Shown here: in pieces, positions 30,506 to 45,090 of the stretch
Position numbering within the stretch: the first letter of the stretch is position 1
Layout: every line of letters starts with the position of its first letter
Assembly (NCBI GenBank): GCA_964016885.1
Contig: OZ024743.1
Location: forward strand, 277,078,001-277,142,000
Direction: 5' to 3'
From: Eledone cirrhosa
Lineage: Eukaryota
DNA length: 64,000 bases
Notes under the pieces: model-generated
The model's input: only the letters and a program-made list of their open reading frames with translations
The model's database searches: none
Told to the model about the DNA's origin: nothing
Program-made: the position numbers and the translations under genes

Positions 30506-30680
30506 GTGATTGTGTTTAGCCCTAAGAGGTTCATTCTGTCATTACCACAACATAAGTAAGACGACCTTTTGACTCCAGAGGCGGCTAGATCGATACAGAT
30601 CAAATCTTGAGCTGATCAATAGCGAAACGCGCGTCACTACTCAATAAACGTAATGAAGACATAACAAATCGTCCTTTTTA
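30503..30680 (+). mobile_element. Short insert between (AT)n tracts with a hammerhead-like 3' half and AATAAA (probable PLE terminus)
   Basis: TGA-GCT-gatcaat-AGC-GAAA-C-GCGC-G-TC at 30608-30635, then AATAAA at 30643. The CUGANGA strand is not intact. Confidence 0.35.
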
Positions 30681-31714
30681 TTATATATATATTATTATTA
30701 TATATAGACTATATATATATATGTAGTCAGTTGGTGGTTAGTATTAAGTTACTACTATAGTTTAATCACATAATGCTGTAATGTGAACAGGATGTATTCG
30801 CTTCGGTTTGTTATTGGAGTAATATGCAGTGAGAACGACATTTCATTCTAACATATTTTATTCATAATTATGCAAAACACATGTTTCGCAAATGATCAGC
30901 TCAAAGCTTTAATCGATTCCGATCAGCCTGATTCTGCTGTCGATATACTCTTCACATTCATAGAGAATCAGAAGCGAGATATGAGGTTTCGGTAACTTTG
31001 GGGATAGAAACCTGTCGGAAACAATAAAAAAGAAAAATGGCATAAAAAACCCAGACAGATAATAATTAATTATACAACTCGTAATAATTATATATACATA
31101 ATTTATTATTTTGATCGAAATTCTTTTTAATTTTTAAATCCTTTAAAAACGTTTTGACGAAAAGGAATATTGTCCCAGATAGATTTTGATCTATGAGAGT
31201 TGTGACCGTATCCCATTTAAGCATGCAAATCACATGGCTGCTCATGACATTATTGTCTTCACATTACCTTCCCATATATGAGTAACATTCTTATCTGTTG
31301 GATATTGTAGAATATTATATAATATCATTCTTGATGAACCGATTTATCTCCCCTTTTCAATTGTGCATACGTACATGACAGTATTTCTCAAGGTACAACA
31401 GATATGTGATGTCTGTATATAAATATCCATCTCCACACGTTACTATATTTAAGACAAAAACTGATGTATAATACATACCTATAGCTACCTATGTGGAATA
31501 TTACTGTGATTGTCTATCTGTCAGTATGGTTGTTTGTATGTGTGTATATATGTATGCATGTATGTATGCACATACACACAAACACACACATACATATTCA
31601 TACATACTTACATACATATATATATTTATATACAGATATGTGTGTATAGCTGAATATAAGTGTCTGTACGTGAGTGCATATGTATTTGTTTATACACACA
31701 CACACATATATATA

Positions 31715-31792
<78 letters not shown>

Positions 31793-31793
<1 letters not shown>

Positions 31794-31870
31794 TATATTT
31801 CTTTATTAGCCACAGGGGCACAAAAGAAGGGGACAAATACAAAGGGGGAAGTTTACATACAATAAAAACG
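31793..31870 (-). mobile_element. Extremely 5'-truncated 3' tail of the Tx1-like LINE family
   Basis: TTTATTAGCCACAGGGGCACAAAAGAAGGGGACAAATACAAAGGGGGAAGTTTACATACA closely matches 61548-61608 at the 3' end of the Tx1-like element. It lies between (AT)n and (GATA)n. Confidence 0.75.
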
Positions 31871-31937
31871 TATAGATAGATAGATAGATAGATAGATGAG
31901 TGTGTGTGTGTAAGTATGTGTATATAATTGTATATAT

Positions 31938-32007
<70 letters not shown>

Positions 32008-32679
32008 ATGTATGTTTCTGTGTATGTATAGTTGATGTTTGAGCCTACATGCCTATATTAGTTACAGAAACTAACAAATGGTGTAAAATCTAAAGAAAAT
32101 ATTATATTTATATTTTCTTCAGGAACATTTTCCAACATTCTTATATAATAAGGAAAAATAGAAAACATATCAGGAAGAAATTTTCATGTCTATTTGTAGC
32201 CGTGTCAGAGTAGTTGTAGTGTTTGCTAAGGTTTATTTTTTCTTCTCATATTTATCGCTGTACGTAAACAAATATATATATATATACACGCATACCTCAT
32301 CCCTCTCCTTTTTTACTCTTTCGCTTTCTCCTCTTTCTCGTCAGTACCTCTTTCTCTTCTATCTGTCAATATAATACACACATACACACACACACATATA
32401 TATATATATATGTGTATGTATATTTGAACATAAAATTATTTATAAAATTATAAATAAAACACGCACGCATACTTATACGCCGATGATCACACGCACAGAC
32501 GCCCATATCAACGTTAAAACATACAAAAAACATCATATATATATATATGAACATATACACACATATGTATATACATATGTATATATATATATGTATATAT
32601 ATATACATATGTATATATATATATGTATATATATATACATATTTATATATATATATGTATGTACACACACACATATATA

Positions 32680-32725
<46 letters not shown>

Positions 32726-32996
32726 TAGTAACGCGTGGGACTGCTCGGTTCAAATTTAGCATTTTCAATCAATATATCAAAACAGGTGTGCAAAATCTAG
32801 ATGGATGCCTACGTCCTCCCCACCCCTCTCATACACACATACTGATTCCCTCGTCCACAGGCAGAATATCATAGACGCATGCGCACTTACACATACAATA
32901 CACACAGTCACACCTTTCAGAAATACACGCACACTTACCTCTGATTTTATAAAAAATACCTATACTGATATATTTAATAATTTTTCACAGACACAG

Positions 32997-33066
<70 letters not shown>

Positions 33067-33113
33067 GAATACATATATATATATATATATATACACGTAC
33101 GTACATACATGCA

Positions 33114-33157
<44 letters not shown>

Positions 33158-33172
33158 TACACACACGCACAC

Positions 33173-33223
<51 letters not shown>

Positions 33224-33241
33224 GAGAGAGAGATACATATA

Positions 33242-33280
<39 letters not shown>

Positions 33281-33339
33281 TCATGTATACATTGGTGTTG
33301 TAGTAATCTTAAAATACACAACTTGTTAAAACTATAACT

Positions 33340-34010
33340 TTTCTCGTGAGTTCTTCGAAGAAATAATAGTTTCAGTCGATTAAAAGCAACCCAGTACGTA
33401 ACTGGTACTTTATTTTATTGACCCTGAAAGGATAAAAGGTCAGCCGGATTTGAACTGATAATGCCGTAACTAAATGTTGCAAAGAATTTTGGTCGAATCT
33501 CTAATAGTCCTGCCAATCTATATCTATTGTTTGTTACCTAATAATGATTTCTACTATAGGCACAAGGCCAGCAATTTGGAGGGAGAGGAAAATCGATTAA
33601 CTCGACCCCATTGCATTATTGGTGTTTTATTTCATCGACCCCGTGAGGATGACAGCAAAGCTAATCTCGCCGGGATTTGAATTCAGAAAGCAAAGGGCCG
33701 TAACTTTATGCTACAAAGCATGGTGTCTGACGCTATACCGATTCTGCCAATCCACTGGCCTATAGTCTGCTGCCTAATAATGGTTTCTTATATCGGCACA
33801 AGGCCAGCAATTTGGGGGCAGGGGAAAGTCGATTAAATTGACCCCTGTGCGTGACTGGTACTTTATTTCATCGACCCCGTAAGGATGAAAGGCAAAGTTA
33901 ACCTCGGCTGGATTTAAACTCAGATCATAAAGGGCCGTAACTCTATGCTGCAAAGCATAGTGTATGACGCTCAACCGATACGGCCAATCCACTGGCCTAT
34001 AGTTTGCTGC
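33340..34010 (-). mobile_element. Three head-to-tail copies of tRNA-derived SINE family A (about 237-bp period; first copy degenerate)
   Basis: Repeated TCGACCCC..AAGGATGAAAGGCAAAG..GGATTTGAA (B box on the minus strand) and TGCCAATCCACTGGCCTATAGT(C/T)TGCTGCCTAATAATG at about 33745 and 33983. Confidence 0.85.
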
Positions 34011-34185
34011 CTAATAATGATAAACAACCCACATCTCATGAAAGAAAATTTCAATTCAATGGCTCTACTCAAATGTTACACTATCTGAGTACAACACATA
34101 CACTATACAACCTAATAAAATAACACAACTCATATAACACAGACTCCACATCATCAATAGCAAACAGAACACATTATATTCCTAC

Positions 34186-34372
34186 TGGATTGGCAGTATC
34201 GGTAGAGGGTCGGACGCCATGCTTTCCAGCATAGTTACGTCCCTTTACGGTCTGAGTTCAAATCCCGCCGAGGTTGACTTTGCCTTTCATCCTTACGGGG
34301 TCGATAAAATAAAGTACCAGTAATACACTGGGATAATTCCTTTGATATAGCATTGTGCCTAAAGTAGAAACA
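34186..34372 (+). mobile_element. tRNA-derived SINE family A with a 13-bp target-site duplication
   Basis: A-box-like TGGCAGTATCGGT, B box GAGTTCAAATCC (34255) and body GGGGTCGATAAAATAAAGTACCAGT. TSD ATTATATTCCTAC at 34173-34185 and 34373-34385. Confidence 0.9.
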
Positions 34373-34522
34373 ATTATATTCCTACATATCCAATATCAGA
34401 CAACTACAACACCAACAACTTACACAAATATTACTTTCTAAATAATCGCCATCCAATAATATAACACAATGTACACAGACAACACATACGCTAAACTGTC
34501 ACAGTCTGATATAAAAAAAAAA

Positions 34523-34836
34523 GTGGCACTCCGTCCGTTACGACGACGATTATTCCTCTCGATTCTATCAACGGAACAGCTTGCTCGTGAAATTAACGAG
34601 AAAGTGGTTGAGCATTCCACAGGCACGTGCACCCTTAATGTAGTTCTCAGGCAGATCCAGCGTGACACAGAATGTGACAAAGATGGCTCTTCATCCTTTT
34701 TGTTAGTTGATTGGACAGGGGCAACGTGAATTAAAGTGCCTTGCTGAAGGACATAACACAACGCGCCGCCGATCATCAAACTCACCGTCATACGACTTTG
34801 AGCCAAATGCTCCTTCCCAGTCCGATATAAACCACA
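34523..34836 (-). mobile_element. tRNA-derived SINE family B (CORE-like central box)
   Basis: The minus strand has TGTGTTATGTCCTTCAGCAAGGCACTTTAA after a degenerate tRNA head. It is homologous to 44240-44475. Confidence 0.75.
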
Positions 34837-35048
34837 TGAACACTATCATACAACACACACGAAACACGAACACCTTACAACAGTATAGCACAGATCATAT
34901 TACACATACACTATACAACAGGCGATATGATAAAATAACGTCATAAAGAAGAAAGCAAACCTCACAACAATATAAAAAAGGATTTAGCATTTAAACATAA
35001 CTTTATCTTCCAAAATTACTATGTTGCACACGCTCCAGGAACATAGCA

Positions 35049-35049
<1 letters not shown>

Positions 35050-35120
<71 letters not shown>

Positions 35121-35177
35121 CACACCACCACCATACCACCACCACCACCACCATACCATCATCACCAACACCACCAT

Positions 35178-35245
<68 letters not shown>
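35050..35245. repeat. Compound (CTA)n-(CCA)n-(CTA)n microsatellite
   Basis: Read directly from the sequence. Confidence 0.95.
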
Positions 35246-35246
35246 A

Positions 35247-36370
35247 CATCAATACGGCCCGAGGTTAAAAGAGAAATGCATTCTTTGAATTTGAGCTAAA
35301 AAGAAAAAAAATCAAGAAGTAAAATTGGTGCTTTAAAATCTCTCCATCTCTAAAAGCATATCAGACATCAGTCGATGAAAGTGATAAATAAAACGAAAAG
35401 GGGGCATAAAGGACACGAGAGGAATACGTCTCTCTACTATGTGCACATTTTACAGCTGCACACTACCCAAAATTGAGTTTAACACAACATGCACATATAA
35501 TATCGACAGATTCTAAAGATGGAGATGTTAAATATGATAATAATCTAAAGGTAAAAATATTAGGAAATATTAAAATCGATAGAAGATCCTCCTCTGGACC
35601 AACGAAATAACAACCCCTCTCTGCCGTCAGTGATTTATCGATAAAATAACCCCAATGATTTATCGATAAAATAACATAAATAAAAACATAAATATGGTTA
35701 ACTTAGATTTAAAGAAAACAGATGCGAACATCAATATCACCAGGATAAAGCAAATAATCTATGCAGCGGTCACTATAGCTATAGAAGTGAGTTCTCCTGT
35801 AAAATTACTGATATAGGGAGATCTAACCCCAAGAACACAATGTAGGAAAACAAACGTACTTAGAGAGATAATATAATATAATAAATTGAAATCTTTCAAA
35901 CGTTAAAGAGATCAACTACGAAAACAAACAAACAAAACAACACACAAACTTAAATAATAAAAAAAAAAGACAAATACTACAGAAATATGCACAGAAAGAA
36001 CAGCAACAACAAAAGAAAAACCTGAAACAAAATGACGCCGGAAAAACGACATCCTTACTGCTAAAACTTCAATTGTCCGTCTTTGAACAAAACCAACAGT
36101 TCGACTCTAACCCAAAACGATTTTATCAAGGACAAGGGAAACAGTACAATGGAAATCAATGTAGCACTTACAGATAAAAATGTAATAAAATTGGGAGAGA
36201 AATATGGACCAGAATATTCAAAACAAAAAACTGCACCACCTAGGAAGTCTCATCAGCTCAAAAATTGGTTCCGGTGCTACAAAACATGAACAACTGGAAA
36301 GTAGCAGAAGGAGATAAAGTTGCAAAATTGTGATTAACATATTTAACAGGAATACACAGAATTATAATTA
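35247..36370 (+). pseudogene. Decayed 5' ORF portion of an R4/Dong-like non-LTR retrotransposon
   Basis: Fragments INITRIKQIIYAAVTIAIE (about 35730) and NWKVAEGDKVAKL (about 36292, resembling the NWKAPGxD..NFW pre-RT motif). Many stops and frameshifts. Confidence 0.5.
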
Positions 36371-37019
36371 AGAACTCTGAAGTTGATACAAAGCTAAACA
36401 TTTCTTTTGGAGAGAAGGAGTATTCAATTTTATACAATCAGCCGATTACAATAGGGATTGTCTTCAATATGTTTTCCCCACACTTATTCTTCATCATTAA
36501 AATTGTATTTCTACTTAGCTAGTTTCGTTCCTTTCTTTCTTAGAAGCCATTGCTCTCTGACATGAATTTTATTTCTCACGTAACAAGCCACATCAGTTAA
36601 ATCTTCTTTTAAAAATAATATACAAACCTCTAGCAGGGGGTGCTTTTGTACAATTCGTATAGTTAATCACAGCATAGGTTTTAGATTATGTTCTTGCGTG
36701 TGGTCGGAGTAACATAATCTATGTTGTTGCACCACCTACATCTCAAATTAGACTATTTTTGCTTTGACTGCCATATTTTCTATTGTCTTTTTTAGCGGCA
36801 AATATACTAAACCCTAGTCGCCTAGTTTAACATCAATGTTTAGTCATGAAGGGGAGAATAGTACTTATAGACCTTTTCAGGATCTATGAGTGTAGAGGGA
36901 GGGATGGATGTACCCTTAAACCAGAGACCACAATTGAATGGTTGCGCTAAAGGCACCTAACAAATACTTGGCGGTGTGGTCTATTATGTCTATTTCACAA
37001 TCAGACAACTTGGGTTGTT

Positions 37020-38745
<1,726 letters not shown>

Positions 38746-39822
38746 AATTTGTAAACAGTTTTGCGACGGTTTTTCTCTATAATTGGTAATTGGTTTAAAA
38801 TTTGAATGAATGCATCTGTTTTTTCACTATTAATAGCTCTCATTTCTGTTTGCAGCATGCTGAGTGTTCAATTCACAGGCAAAATATCTGAGCAGCAGCA
38901 TCAGCAGCAGCAGCAACACCACCACCACCACCAACACCACCAACACTACCAACACCACCAACACCACCACCAACAACAACAACTAAATGAATGACGTCAG
39001 AGGTCATTCATTATCTTCATGTCTATTTCTGTGATCAAAGTTCACCAAGACGTGTGTACCTTGGTGCAACGTCATTTTACGTCACTTAAGAAAAAGGTAA
39101 ATGTACTCATAGTAGCCAAACTAGTTTACAAGAAATAAAGGAAACATTGGATAGTTTAATTCCAGATTTACAAAAATATGAAGCGATAATTTCGCTGGGA
39201 AGATGTTTAAACATTGGTATGCTTGATCAATGTCAGCTCCACAGTTAACAAAAACAACAATACGGGGTATCAACCAGCGAGGAAACCTGTTATTAGTTCC
39301 TGGATTCTAATAAAAAAAATGACAGTTGATTCCACCTCAAAGCACAGATCACCGTTTTAAATAGAGAAGAACAAACACGCACATATTGCACGCACATACA
39401 CATACACAAATACACACACACACACACACACTTAAATACACACACACATGTGTGTGTGGTAAGAAGCTCAGGAGAATACCCCCAACTCAAGCGAATGTTT
39501 CGGCCTTTAACTTCTTACACTCTAAGGAGAGCGGGTTGCATCAATTCACGACTCCTCGGTGCCCTTCTACTGACATTTAGCCAATTAAATATTGGCGACT
39601 TGCTGCTTATTTAAACCGTATGAAGATTTTGTTGACAGGATCTAGTTGGAATTCTACTCCATTACCTCTACTTTCAAACTTATATTTGAACACTTTCTTG
39701 AATTGGAAAATTAAGGTTGGTAGTCATGGTAGCGGTGAGACCTCAACAGTATCGCCGACGTCAACACTACAAACCACGGCTGACTTACTTTAGCGTGCAT
39801 TAAAATACAATCACGATGCCAC

Positions 39823-40330
39823 TCACGTGGTATGAAAGTCGCTTTTGTTCCTCCTCGACCGGATCCAGCTGGAACTCCTTTCCAGTGTCTCTGATATTAC
39901 CTTTAAGGCTTTGGTCCTCGTTTTCTCAGAGATTGACAGTTGTTTCATGAAATTGTAGACAGATTTTCCCACAAAGCCTCTGGCCCCAACCTTTAAATTT
40001 GACCTGAAAGTTGGCTTCTCTCAGGTTGTTGACCAAAGTGGCGTATTTTTCTGTCTTGAATACGTGTCCTTCTCCTAATCTACTTTCAAATGGCACGTCC
40101 AATCAAAATTAACACTTTTGGAATGAAGTACGATATCTAGCCTCAAATAGTCTGCTGATTTCTGGTTGTGTCGCTGGTCCTGGTAGGTTTGCTGTACACT
40201 ACCACTCAGAAGACTCGATCCCCTTGCCCTGTATGTCATAGCTGTTCCTGGCCATGATTTACTGCCCCATGCCGTATAAAATGTTGCTGGAGATTCACGT
40301 TCTAAGGGTTGTACTTTTACCCTACTTATC
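39823..40330 (-). pseudogene. Decayed 3' end of a Hero/NeSL-type LINE with a restriction-like endonuclease (RLE)
   Basis: The minus strand gives YLRLDIVLHSKS (cf. LRPDIVL), GEGHVFKTEKYATLVNNLREA, then after a frameshift VGARGFVGKSVYNFMKQLSISEKTRTKALKVISETLERSSSWIRSRRNKSDFHTT-stop (39823). This matches the EVGxRGF...AExxSxWxWxRR C-terminus of this group. Confidence 0.7.
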
Positions 40331-40439
40331 ACATGTACAATCACTTTCAGCACTTTAATGTGTCTCCACATACACACGTAGATAGAGGTTGTGCTGATGG
40401 GAAAGTCGTGTGTGTGTTTGTGTGTTTGTGTTTGTGTGT

Positions 40440-40523
<84 letters not shown>

Positions 40524-40674
40524 AGACAAATAATTATTGCAAATAATAATAACAGTCTATGTTTAATGAGAATCAATCGTGTGCGATTTATTCAAAATAA
40601 ATTTGGAGAGAAAAACAATTCATAATGTGAAAATTAAATTACTGGATATAAACTAACATATTAAGTCGTCTGGA

Positions 40675-43600
40675 GGAGGTGTTGGTGTGATGGTAGTGGT
40701 GTTGGGGTGATGGTGGTGGTGTTGGGTGATGGTAGTGGTGTTGGGGTGATGGTGGTGGTGTTGGGGTGATGATGGTGGTGTTGGTGTGATGGTAGTGGTG
40801 TTGGGGTGATGGTGGTGGTGTTGGGGTGATGGTGGTGGTGTTGGTGTGATGGTAGTGGTGTTGGGGTGATGGTGGTGGTGTTGGGTGATGGTAGTGGTGT
40901 TGGGGTGATGGTGGTGGTGTTGCGGTGATGGTGGTGGTGTTGGTGTGATGGTAGTGGTGTTGGGGTGATGGTGGTGGTGTTGCAGTGATGGTGGTGGTGT
41001 TGGGATGATGGTGGTGGTGTTGCAGTGATGGTGGTGGTGTTGGGGTGATGGTGGTGGTGTTGGTTCGATGGTAGTGGTGTTGGGGTGATGGTGGTGGTGT
41101 TGGTGTGATGGTTGCTGTGTTGGTGTGATGGTGGTGGTGGTGGTGTGATAGTGGTGGTGTTGGTGTGATGGTGGTGGTGCTGGGGTGATGGAGGTGGTAT
41201 TGGGGTGATAGTGGTGGTGTTGGGGTGATGGTGGTGGTGTCGGGGTGATGGTGGTGGTGTTGGTGTGATGGTGGTGGCGTTGGTGTGATAGTGGTGGTGT
41301 TGGTGTGATGGTGGTGGCGTTGGTGTGATAGTGGTGGTGTTGGTGTGATGGTGATGTTGTTGGAGTGATGGTGGTGGTGTTGGGGTGATAGTGGTGGTGT
41401 TGGGGTGATGGTGGTGGTGTTGGTGTGATGGTGGTGGTGTTGGTGTGATGGTAGTGGTGTTGGGATGATGGCAGTGGTGTTGATGTGATGGTGGTAGTGT
41501 TGGTGTGATGGTGGTGGTGTTAGTGTGATGGTGGCTGTGTTGGTGTGATGGTGGTGGTGTTGGTGTGATGGTAGTGGTGTTGGGATGATGGTGGTGTTGG
41601 GGTGTGGTGGTAGTGTTGGTGGTGATTGTGGTGGTGTTGGAGTGATGGTGGTGGTGTTGCGGTGATGGTGGTGGTGTTGGGGTGATGGTAGTGGTGTTGG
41701 GGTGATGGTGGTGGTGTTGCAGTGATGGTGGTGGTGTTGGGGTGATGGTGGTGGTGTTGCAGTGATGGTGGTGGTGTTGGGGTGATGGTGGTGGTGTTGC
41801 AGTGATGGTAGTGGTGTTGGGGTGATGGTGGTGGTGTTGGTTCGATGGTAGTGGTGTTGGGGTGATGGTGGTGGTGTTGGTGTGATGGTTGCTGTGTTGG
41901 TGTGATGGTGGTGGTGTTGGTATGATAGTGATGGTATTGGGGTGATAGTGGTGGTGTTGGGGTGATGGTGGTGGTGTTGGAGTGATGGTGGTGGTGTTGG
42001 TGTGATGGTAGTGGAGTTGGGGTGAAGGTGGTGGTGTTGGGGTGATGGTGGTGGTGTTGGGGTGGTGGTGGTGGTGTTGGGGTGATGGTAATGGTGTTGG
42101 TGTGATAGTGGTGGTGTTAGTGTGATGGTGGCTGTGTTGGTGTGATAGTGGTGGTGTTGGTGTGATGGTGGAAGGGTTGGGGTGATGGTGGTAGTGTTGG
42201 TGTGATAGTGGTGGTGTTGGGGTGATGGTGGTGGTGTTGGCGTGATGGTGGTGGTGTTGGTGTGATGGTGGTGGTGTTGGTGTGATGGTGGTAGTGTTGG
42301 TGTGATGGTGGTTGTGTTGGTGTGATGGTGGTGGTGTTGGGGTGATGGTGGTGGTGTTGGGGTGATGGTGATGGTGTTGGTGTGATGGTAGTGGTGTTGG
42401 GGTGATGGTGGTAGTTTTAGAGTGATGGTGGTGGTGTTGGTGTGATGGTGATGGTGTTGGTGTGATGGTGGTGGTGTTGGGGTGATAGTGATGGTGTTGG
42501 GGTGATAGTGCTGGTGTTGGTGTGATGGTGGTGGTGTTGGTGTGATGGTGGTGGTGTTGGGGTGATAGTGATGGTGTTGGGGTGATAGTGCTGGTGTTGG
42601 TGTGATGGTGGTGGTGTTGGGGTGATGGTGGTGGTGTTGGCGTGATGGTAGTGGTGTTGGTGTGATGGTAGTGGTGTTGGTGGTAATGGTGATGGTGTTG
42701 GTGGTGATAGTGATGGTGTTGGTGGTGATGGTAGTGGTGTTGGTGTGATAGTGGTGGTATTGGTGGTGATGGTGATGGTGTTGGTGGTGATAGTGATGGT
42801 GTTGGTGGTGATGGTGGTGGTGTTGGTGTGATAGTGGTGGTATAGGTGTTGATGATGTTGGTATAATGGTGTTGGTGTTGGTGTGATGATGGTGGTGTTG
42901 GTGTGATAGTGGAGGTGTCGGTGCGATGGTGGAGGTGTTGGTGTGATAGTAGTGGTGTTGGTGTTGGTATGGTGGTGGTGGTGTTGGTGTGATGGTTGTG
43001 ATGTTGGTGTAATGGTGGAGGTGTTGATGCGATGGTGGTGGTGTTGGTATGATGGTGGTGATGTTGGTATAATGGTGGTGGTGTTGGTGTGATGGTGGTG
43101 GTGTTGCGGGGATAGTGTTGGTGTTGGTGTTAGTATGATGGTGAAGGTGTTCGTGAGATGGTGGAGGTTTTGGTGTTTTGGTGGTGGTGTTGGTGTGATG
43201 GAGGAGGTGTTGGTGTGGCGATGCTGCTGTTGGTCGAATGGTTGAGGTGTTTGTATGATGGTGGGGGTGGCGGTGTGATGGTGGTGGTATTGATGTTGAT
43301 GTGATGGTGGTGTAATGATGGTGGTATTCGTGTTGGTGTGATAGTGGTGGTGTACCGATGCTGGAGTTGGTGCATTGATGGTGGAAATGTTGGGGAGATG
43401 GTGGAGGTGTTGGTGTGATGGTGGAGGTGTTGGTGTGTTGGTGGAGATAGAGGTGTGATGATGGTGGTGTTGGTATATTGATGGTCGAAATCTTGCTGGG
43501 ATGGTGGAGATGTTGGTGTGATGGTGGTGTTGGTGTGATGGTGGAGGTGTTGGTGTGATGGTGCAGGTGTTGGTGTTATGATGGAGGTGTTGGTGTGATG

Positions 43601-43850
43601 GTGGAGATAGAGGTGTGATGATAGTGGTGTTGGTATATTGATGGTGGAGATCTCGCTGTGATGGTGGAGATGTTGGTGTGATGGTGGTGGCGGTGTTGGT
43701 GTGATGGTGGTGGTGTTGGTGTGATGGCGTAGGTGTTGGTTTGGTGGTGGCGGTGTTGGTGTGACGGAGGAGGTGTTGGTGTGGTGGTGGAGGTGTTGGT
43801 TTGGTGGTGGAGGTGTTTGTGTGATCGTGGTTTTAGTATCGTGGTGGTGA
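40675..43850. repeat. G/T-rich minisatellite, about 20-bp unit GTTGG(G/T)GTGATGGTGGTGGT
   Basis: A 20-bp period is visible from 40681. The array is homogeneous at left, degenerates after about 42700, and has almost no C on the + strand. Confidence 0.97.
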
Positions 43851-44239
43851 ATGTAAGATAGAGATTGTACTTATGGTAAGGTTGGTGTGGCAATAGAGTA
43901 TTCCATGGGGTTATTGGTAGTGTTGTTGTCTTATTGGGCGTGTCGTTGGTTGAATCAAGATAGTGAACGTATGGTGGTTCTGCTGGAGATGGTGGTGTAG
44001 TGTTGTTAGTGTTGGTATTGGACGTGTCGTTGTTATGGTGGTGGTAATAGATCTATCGCAGTAGTGTTGTTGGTATTATTAGTAGCGTTTTTATGATATT
44101 AGTACTGTTAGTGGTGGTAATGTTATGGAGGTCGTGTTATAGTGAGGCACAGTTTCACTATACATTGAAAAAGTCATTAACGTCTTTGATCGATTTTCGA
44201 ACATTATTTGGTGTCATCGAAAAATACCTGTTTAGTGTG

Positions 44240-44475
44240 TTGGATCTCCGTCGGTTCCGACTACGATTGTTCCAGTTGTTTGACCAACGGAACAACCTGC
44301 AAGTAGCTGAGCATTGACGCCGCAAGCACCCTTTATGCAGTTCTCCGGGAGATTCAGCGTGGTGCAGTATATTACAAGACCGTCTCTTTGAATTACAGGC
44401 AAGACTCGTTTTGCCAGCCGTGTTGACTGGAACAATTTTAAATAAAGTGTCTTGCTCAAGGACACAACGTTGTAC
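44240..44475 (-). mobile_element. SINE family B, degenerate
   Basis: CTCCGTCGGTT..CAACGGAACA..CAGCGTG..AAAGTGTCTTGCTCAAGGACACAACG aligns with 34523-34760. Confidence 0.75.
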
Positions 44476-44526
44476 TTGCGGTTGTTATATTGTAATTGTG
44501 ATGGTTTTTCATTATTATTACTATAT

Positions 44527-45090
44527 CTTTGCCTTTTATCCTCACGGGGTCGATAAAATAAAGTACCAGTCACGCAATGGGGTCGATTTCATCAGCTTTT
44601 TCCCTACCCTCAAAATTGCTAGCCTTGAGTCTAAATCAAAATCCATTATTATTACTATAAGTATTGTTAATTGGCAGTATCGGTAGAGCGTCGGACAATA
44701 TGCTTTGCTGTGTAGAGTTATGGCCCTTTATGTTCTAACTTACGGGGGGGGGGGGGGGCTTTATCTTTCATCCTTACATGGTCGATAAAATAAAGGACCA
44801 GTAACGTACTGGGGTCGATTTAATTGACTTTCCCCTCCCCCTAAATTACTGGCCTTGTGCCTATCCTTGAAATAATCATTAATATTGTGGATTGGCAGTA
44901 TCGGTAGAGCGTCAGACAACATGTTTTGTGGCATAGAGTTACCTCCCTATAGGTTTTGAGTTCTCAGGGTAACTTTGCCTTTCTTTCTTACGGGGTCGAT
45001 TAAATAAAGTACTGGTAATGCACTGGGTTGTTATAATCGACTTTCACCTTCCTTTCAAATTGCTGATCTTGTACCAAAAGTAGAAACAAT
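44527..45090 (+). mobile_element. Three tandem SINE family A copies (44527-44650 partial, 44671-44878, 44889-45090)
   Basis: TTGGCAGTATCGGTAGAGCGTC heads at about 44671 and 44893. GTCGAT(A/T)AAATAAAG(T/G)AC bodies occur in all three. Confidence 0.85.

Noticed and set aside
31269-31442. Two possible small phase-1 exons on the minus strand (31442-31371, xTCGDGYLYTDITYLLYLEKYCHV; 31295-31269)
   Set aside because: AG/GT boundaries are plausible, but no recognisable protein family or transcript evidence is available, and such patterns arise by chance in AT-rich DNA.
34186-34270. tRNA gene
   Set aside because: A/B boxes are present, but there is no cloverleaf and the sequence runs into a repeated SINE body with a TSD.
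38806-38994. Short ORF with a hydrophobic start and poly-Q/H tract
   Set aside because: It is explained by a CAG/CAC/CAA trinucleotide run. There is no domain or splice support.
43130-43893. Thr/Pro/His-rich mucin-like ORFs on the minus strand of the minisatellite
   Set aside because: The 20-bp unit is not a multiple of 3, so the frames cycle. This is a by-product of the repeat.
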